Origin: Camelus dromedarius
Lineage: Eukaryota
Reading direction: 5' to 3'
DNA: 64,000 bases
Assembly (NCBI RefSeq): GCF_036321535.1
Contig: NC_087436.1
Coordinates: 51,710,001 to 51,774,000 of the forward strand
The notes beneath the pieces were generated by a model. The model did not search any database. It was not told where the DNA came from and was given only the letters and a program-made list of their open reading frames with translations. Positions 57,879 through 64,000 of this stretch are shown here, in pieces. Positions within the stretch are counted from its first letter, which is position 1, and each line of letters starts with the position of its first letter. A program made the translations under genes and the position numbers.

Positions 57879-60800
57879 TGTTGTGTGGTTAGTGCTTCAG
57901 CTGTTGGTCAGACAGCAGCAGTGAAGGCGTCAGTACTGAACTGCTGGTGTCTTGACCATCCTGTGATGAAGGGAAATTTACTGTCTTCATTTTACAGAGG
58001 GTAGGTTGAGGCGTGGAGTAAGGAGGCGCAGGTCTCAGTCACCAAGCTGTGACTAAGACCCATCTCACTGACTGTCAGTGTTTATTCAACTAATTATGAT
58101 TCGAGCTCTTCATAATAGCTGGCTTCAGATTTTAAATATAGATAAAATTTAATAATAAGTGTGAATGATTTTAAATACCAAACTCTAACCTTTGCAGTAC
58201 TGCACTGGCAAAAGAATGCTCTACAACATCTTGATCTGTAAGGAAATGGGAAAACTTCCTCATCCCCGTCCCACTCTGTGGGACTCTACACACCATTTTC
58301 CAGTGGTTCTGATTTAGCCACAAGTAACTGTTCATTGATATGAGTATCAGTTGAGATCCACTGACAGCACCATATCTTCTAATAGTTTTTCTTCACCAAA
58401 ACCACCAGGTGGAGGTTACAGTCATACTGCTCTGTAAAAATGAATATGGGCTTAGTGGCAGCTACTGAAACTCATGGGTAAACATAATAGGATGTTATTC
58501 AGATTTAATTTGAATCGTATAATCCAAAAAGCAAAAGCCCTTTGTTCATCAAATAGGTCACTTTATGAATATTACAAAAAGAGTACCTCTTAAAGGAATA
58601 TTAATGTGAGATTGGTGTCTGTACTTTACATACATGGTTTTATATAATGTGGCTCTATCAGTTAAACTCACATTTATAAGAATTTGTAGTTTCAATGGGA
58701 AAAGTACTTACCTTTCTTAAAATTAGAAGACATTCTTTCCTATTGTCAATTCTTCCCAAAAGTGTCAGCTGAAATATTTCTCCCCCTAAAAACAGAAAAA
58801 TTAATTACTTAGGATCAAAGAGGGATTTGGATATTTTCTGCAAACTCCCAAGTTTGACTTAATTGGGTGGAGGAGTTTTTTTTAATATAATTAAGGCTAG
58901 AAAACATCATTAAATGGAACAAAATGGAACAAGGAAGAAGATACATTTCAACACAACAAAAATCTATAGTGATACAGGTAAAGTACTAAGAAATTTCACT
59001 CCATGGAAAAAAATTATTACTGCAAAAACAAATTAGCCACAAAGAGAACAAGATGTTGCTATTACTTTGAAATAGATCCTGAATAAGTTTTTTGGGTTTT
59101 TATCTGTTTTGTTTTGTATCACATACGTGGTTTTGTTAGTGTCCCATGGTGTACTTAATGTACATTTGGTAAAATTTCTATTTGAATTTCCTTTTCCTTC
59201 CTGTTTATAATAAACATTTTCAGTGGGTTGTCCTTGCCTTTGTCATTGTGAACTGCATTGTCTTAAGTTTCTTGGTGTTTAAAGAGTGGGCTCTAGCAAC
59301 ACTCAGGGCAAGGCTCAAAACTCAGCCTGCCACTTGCTAGATGTTTTGACCCTAAATTCTTTGTGTCTCTATTTCCACATCCTTACTTCACTCTGAGAGA
59401 GGACTGATTTTATAGGAGGCAGTGAGTATTACATGTGCCAAGACACATCAAGCCCTCAGTACACAGAGCTGGCCCTCAATAAAGGTTGTCAGGTATTAAC
59501 ACAACCAAACCCACCCTACGCTGGGCTTCTACTTCCGATTCATTGTGTGGTTTCAGATCCTACTCCACCTTCCAGACCAGGGATTTTTAGAGGTTTTAGA
59601 TAAGGTGATGATAGACACCTCTTACAGTTTTTTCAGAGGGTGGATGGTTATTTGAACATTTTCTAGTGTTGTTTATGACTCACAAAGCAAGAGGCACCTG
59701 GAAGTCTCTGATTCTGTCTTCAATAAACCCCAACTGGCTTAGACCCATCAGTCAGCAGCAAATCAAGCTGTAGACAGGGCTAAAAGCTTCTGCTCTAGGG
59801 TCAGAATTCAGTCTGCTGCTTCAAGACACTCTAAGAATACTTTGAAACCCAGGACTTGGCATAATCTGTCAATCTGAAGCTATCCTTGCCTTGTCAGAAC
59901 ATCTCTCCCCGCTAAAAACCAAGAGTCCTTACAGCCCTATCCTCCTGAGGCTTTCAGCCCTCCTTTTGCTCAACATTTCCTGTTCAGAATAGGATCTGGA
60001 TCTCTCCTTTGTATAAACAGAAGTTCTACTAAAATATTTTTCCTTAAACGAAGGAACAGTTTCCTGAGTATTCAATTTTGCCAATAGTCTTGGTGCAACA
60101 GGTGCAGCCTCCTGCAGGCTACTTTTCAAATGGCATATTTCTGATCCTGATATAGAGTGTTCATATGCTGTTATTAAAGTCCTTACAGAATAGATCAGAA
60201 ACCAGAAGGGGTTAGTAATCATTTTTAACCTGGGCTCTTGAATTATGCAGGTAGACCTGGCAGGTAGGCACAACTCAACTCTGTCTGGAGAAGTGCAGGC
60301 TAATTGGTACAGGTGGGAAGCAGACTGCAGTGGAGAAGTGGGGCGTGGGTAGAACGATCAGATGATAGAGGACCATATATGCCATCATGAGGAATTTGGA
60401 CTCTATCTAGGAAACATGTCTTTCCAAACCTGGATGCATATCAAAATCATCTGAGAAGTTTTTCTTTTGTTAACAGAATTTTCCAAGTCCCATTCCAGAC
60501 CTATAACATCAGAATATTTACAGAGAATATCTACATACGTTTTATGCTTTCCTAATCCAGGCCTGAACGTTTATTGCTTCCCATATCTCACTGGAACAGA
60601 AATGGACATCAAAATAGAAATTTTTTAAAGTTTACTAATTTTTTAAGTCCTGAAATAGAATTTCATGCTGAACGTGAATTATATGGAAACACAGAGCATG
60701 GTGTAAGGGTCCTAGTTGATCATGATTAGGTATTTGACATTCTTTCAGCATTTAGGTGTTAGAATACAATTATTCTGTATTCATTACTTATTCTTTGATG

Positions 60801-61843
60801 ATTTTCAAATCTTCTCAAGTCCTTTGTTATGAGTTTATCATATTCATACATATATACATATACATATATATACATGCAAACAAACATATATATATACATA
60901 AGAAGACCTGTTCTGCCTTATGATCAAAAAGACTGATAAAAAATAAGAATGAAGAAAGGAGACTGGTACAGATAGTGAAATAAAATATGGAATGCAATCA
61001 GGCATTAGAACACTGCTTTCTCATAGTCCACGACAGTGAGACTATGCAGGTGGCATGGTCCCTATGACTTGCTGCTGGAGCGTCCTTAAGAGAAAGATCA
61101 TACAGTACAAAGAGGCTGCAGAATCCACTTCCACACAGAAGAGACAGACCTGATCCCAAATGATTAAGCCAACTGGGATTGGAATTCCCGGTATATTCCA
61201 AAGCTCAGAAGTAAGCCAAAGTACATAAAACCTGTCATTTATCTTTTGCTCTCTGTATAATCCATCAGTCATGAGTCCTGACAATTTGTCTCATAAGTGT
61301 CATTCTCAGGATCATCTACAGTCCACACCCCCTGCAGCTGACCTAGTTCAGGTTCTCATTTTTTCTTGCTTATACTTGGGCAAGTCTTCCCACTGTGCTT
61401 GTCGTCTTCAGCATCTTTCTCTCGTAACCTTCTGTACATTAGAATGGTATCTGGAAAACATGCTGATGCTGGGGTGATTTCCAACATGTAAGGAATCATC
61501 TTGCTTTTTATACCTCAAAATGTTGATTACTCCAAATTACTTTTTAGATCAAGTCCAAATTCCTTGACCTGGCAGAGAAGGCTGTGCTAGGCTGTGGCCA
61601 GTCTTTCTTTAACTCTGATAACTTAGTAAGAAATGGAAACCTAAAGAATGTAATCAGGTTTCAGCTAGGACTGCTTTATACGGGAGTAAATAAACCCTTG
61701 AGTGGTGACTTCATCTCCTCTCCAGCGCAATGTGATAAAAGCTAGCAGCCTGCATAATTTCTTTGTTACTCTGATATTTTACTCCATAACTCACACTGCC
61801 CATCAATTTTGCATAGGTCTGGGACCAGAAGCTAGTTACTCAC

Positions 61844-62000
61844 TTGTTTCCTCATCTCTTGTACTCTTTGCATGAGTCATTTGCTGATACTGGTAGTAAA
61901 CTGAAGTAAAAGCAAATGTGAACATGATCTGAATGGTGAGCCTCATCAATCATCGAATCCAGGCCAGCCCTTTCCAGTCTGATCGAAGATCTTTAATGAC
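61844..62000 (-). pseudogene. Pseudo-exon, N-terminal half of an RGS-like domain
   Basis: Acceptor gttctag and donor AA|gtgagt. Reads VIKDLRSDWKGLAWIR*LMRLTIQIMFTFAFTSVYYQYQQMTHAKSTRDEET. Confidence 0.55.
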
Positions 62001-62636
62001 CTAGAACTTGCTTACATTTATAGTGTCTTTTCCTTCTAAGTTTGCCACACCATACTTTAGTACAGACACTCAAAACTACTTATAGTTCCCTCCAAGCACG
62101 ATACCCACACAAGCCTCCCTGTTTTGTTCTTACAAGTCCCTTCTTCATCTAAATATAACTCATGTTTGAGGACTCAACTCATGCATAATTCTTCCAAGAA
62201 GACTTCACAGATGTTCCCCTTCCCCTCCAGACTGGGACAGGCCTCCTTCCAATCTGCTCCATAGCGTCCTGTGATGGCTCTATCACAGTGCTGAACACCA
62301 GCTACTGAATGTCTTTACTTGTTGGAATCCTCATCTATACTCTAAAATCTTTGAGAGTGGGCTACATTTTATCTTCACATGCCCATGCCTAACACTATAT
62401 CTAACATATACTCACACTCAATGATTACTTATTGAACTGAATTATAAACAGATTTTTTTTTAATTTGGAGTGAATGCATTTGCAAAGATAGGTCCTGGGG
62501 CTCCCTTTTAAGATATTAAAACATAGTGTCACAGTTTTCCCCAGAAGAAATGCTGCTATAAAAAAAAGGAGAAAATTATATTTTTATGCCCATTCAACTC
62601 TAGCCATTAACAAAATGTCTTTGGAAGGTTCACTAG

Positions 62637-62686
62637 ATGATGATGGTGGTGGTGGTGGTACTTGTGGTGGTGGTGGTGATGATGGT
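62637..62686. repeat. (GGT/GAT)n trinucleotide repeat
   Basis: Imperfect gatgatggtggtggt run. Confidence 0.85.
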
Positions 62687-62729
62687 AACAACTAATATTG
62701 ACTGAGGATGTATTATGTCCAGGCTAAGA

Positions 62730-62859
62730 TTTTTTTTATTTGTTTGGGGGAGGTAATTAGGTTTGTTTGTTTGTTTTTTTAATGGAGGTGCTGGGGATTG
62801 AACCCAGGACCTTCTGCATGCTTAGCATGCACTTTACCACTTGAGCTAGTCCTTCCCCC
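62730..62859 (-). mobile_element. tRNA-derived SINE, camelid Vic-1-like, inserted in a MIR-like element
   Basis: The minus strand has A-box tagctcaagtggtaaag and B-box gggttcaatccc, followed by an A-rich tail. Flanking direct repeat AGGCTAAG at 62721-62728 and 62861-62868. Confidence 0.8.
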
Positions 62860-63300
62860 AAGGCTAAGCATTTTTTGTACATACCCGTTTTTCAGTCTCA
62901 CAACAGTATAGGGAAGTACTCTTATTATCCCCATTTTACATGTGTGAAGCACAGAGAGATGAAGTCTTTGCCCCAACCACACAGCTATGACACCCACACA
63001 ATGTGCTCTGGACATTCACTGGAGCATTTTCCAAAAAAGCAACCACTGGAGATTACAGAGCTGAATACAAAGTGGCTCTTTAAATTGCATTTGGAATTTA
63101 GTGGGGAAATATTACTGGATATGTTGGTCATACCATCGAAAAGCCTTTTGCAGCTTATCAGTGTAGCATCTTTTACTTGTGAGTACACTGGGCATCCCTG
63201 AAGGTAGGAAACATATGTGGACCACTGTACCCACCCCCCCCGTGCCTATTGTGAACACACAGATTCTTGTGATATGTCTGTTGGCTAACTGCTTACTTAC

Positions 63301-63773
63301 AGACTCTCAGTGGGGGTCTCAACTACTTCATGCACAGCTCTCCTTACGGAAGTAGATGTATTACTTTTATTCACTGAAGAGTGCAGTGTGAGCACATTTT
63401 TCTCTTCCAATTTTTTACTTACTCTTTGGTCTTCATGCAAATCTTTTGGCATAGAGAACAGGCATCATTACTTGCTGTTCCATCTACCTCTTGCATTCTG
63501 GCTTGAACAGAATCATTTCTCTCAGAGGAGTGGATTTTTCCAATTAAGATCTGGACAAATTAGCACTATATTTCACATGAGCCACTAAAACTGTATTATG
63601 CTTAGCTGCATCAGGCCACTTTGGTCCTGGATGAATTTCATAATGCTGCAAAATATTGCCTCTTCCTCCTAATTTTCTAACCAAGTAGTCTCCATCCTGT
63701 TGAGTTTACATCTATTACAAATCTTTGAAATAGTGTTCACAACTTACCTAGGTCTCAGAAATCTTTGAAAACA
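63301..63773 (-). pseudogene. Large pseudo-exon (possibly two)
   Basis: Acceptor tctcatttttttttcag and donor gtaagt at 63300. Reads CFQRFLRPR*VVNTISKIC...EEEAIFCSIMKFIQDQSGLMQL; the last open stretch is PKDLHEDQRVSKKLEEKNVLTLHSS...VETPTES. Confidence 0.55.
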
Positions 63774-64000
63774 CTGAAAAAAAAATGAGAGGGTAATTTT
63801 TTTTTAACGACTTTCCTTAATGAAGCAGATTCTAATTTTATTCTCAGCTGTATAACATCTGAAAAACCCTCCTTTCTAGCCTCATTCACCCAGTGGCTAA
63901 CATTATACCTAATTGCCAGTGCTAAAGAATATGCAAATCCCTGTGGATTCTGCGATGGTCCCAAGTAAATAGTATCAGTTTAATTTGTGTTACAGGAGAG

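Larger units (their letters stand above)
56432..60181 (-). pseudogene. Best-preserved RGS-like domain, over pseudo-exons 59684-60181, 58712-58785 and ~56432-56675
   Basis: Spliced reading ...LLKTESETSRCLLL|W|GEIFQLTLLGRIDNRKECLLILRK|VV*VYLTLSKEKRKLC...FPLHSAH*VIFEILSFKVY. The Trp codon is formed across the junction (T|GG). Donors gtgagt and gtaagt; acceptors ttctgtttttag and ttttcttcctag. Confidence 0.75.

Overview
AT-rich mammalian genomic DNA, probably camelid (one tRNA-derived SINE of the camelid Vic-1 type at about 62.7-62.9 kb). There is no intact protein-coding gene. Most long ORFs in the track are L1 ORF2 fragments, an ERV env remnant, or chance frames. The main hidden signal is a decayed multi-exon gene on the minus strand spanning essentially the whole window. 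I read about 25 candidate pseudo-exons by hand, mostly with AG/GT boundaries and several joined in compatible phase. Their conceptual translations repeatedly reproduce RGS-domain (regulator of G-protein signalling) motifs and spacing, suggesting roughly 7-10 RGS-like domains, all disrupted by stops and frameshifts. The peptides do not match RGS22 or RGSL1 as I recall them, so this may be a unitary pseudogene of an unnamed giant multi-RGS protein. The introns hold two young 5'-truncated L1s that share inactivating stops, a decayed class I ERV provirus (paired LTRs, pol and env remnants), solo LTRs, MER8, MER20 and microsatellites. All alignments were made by eye from memory of family consensus and need HMM/BLAST confirmation.
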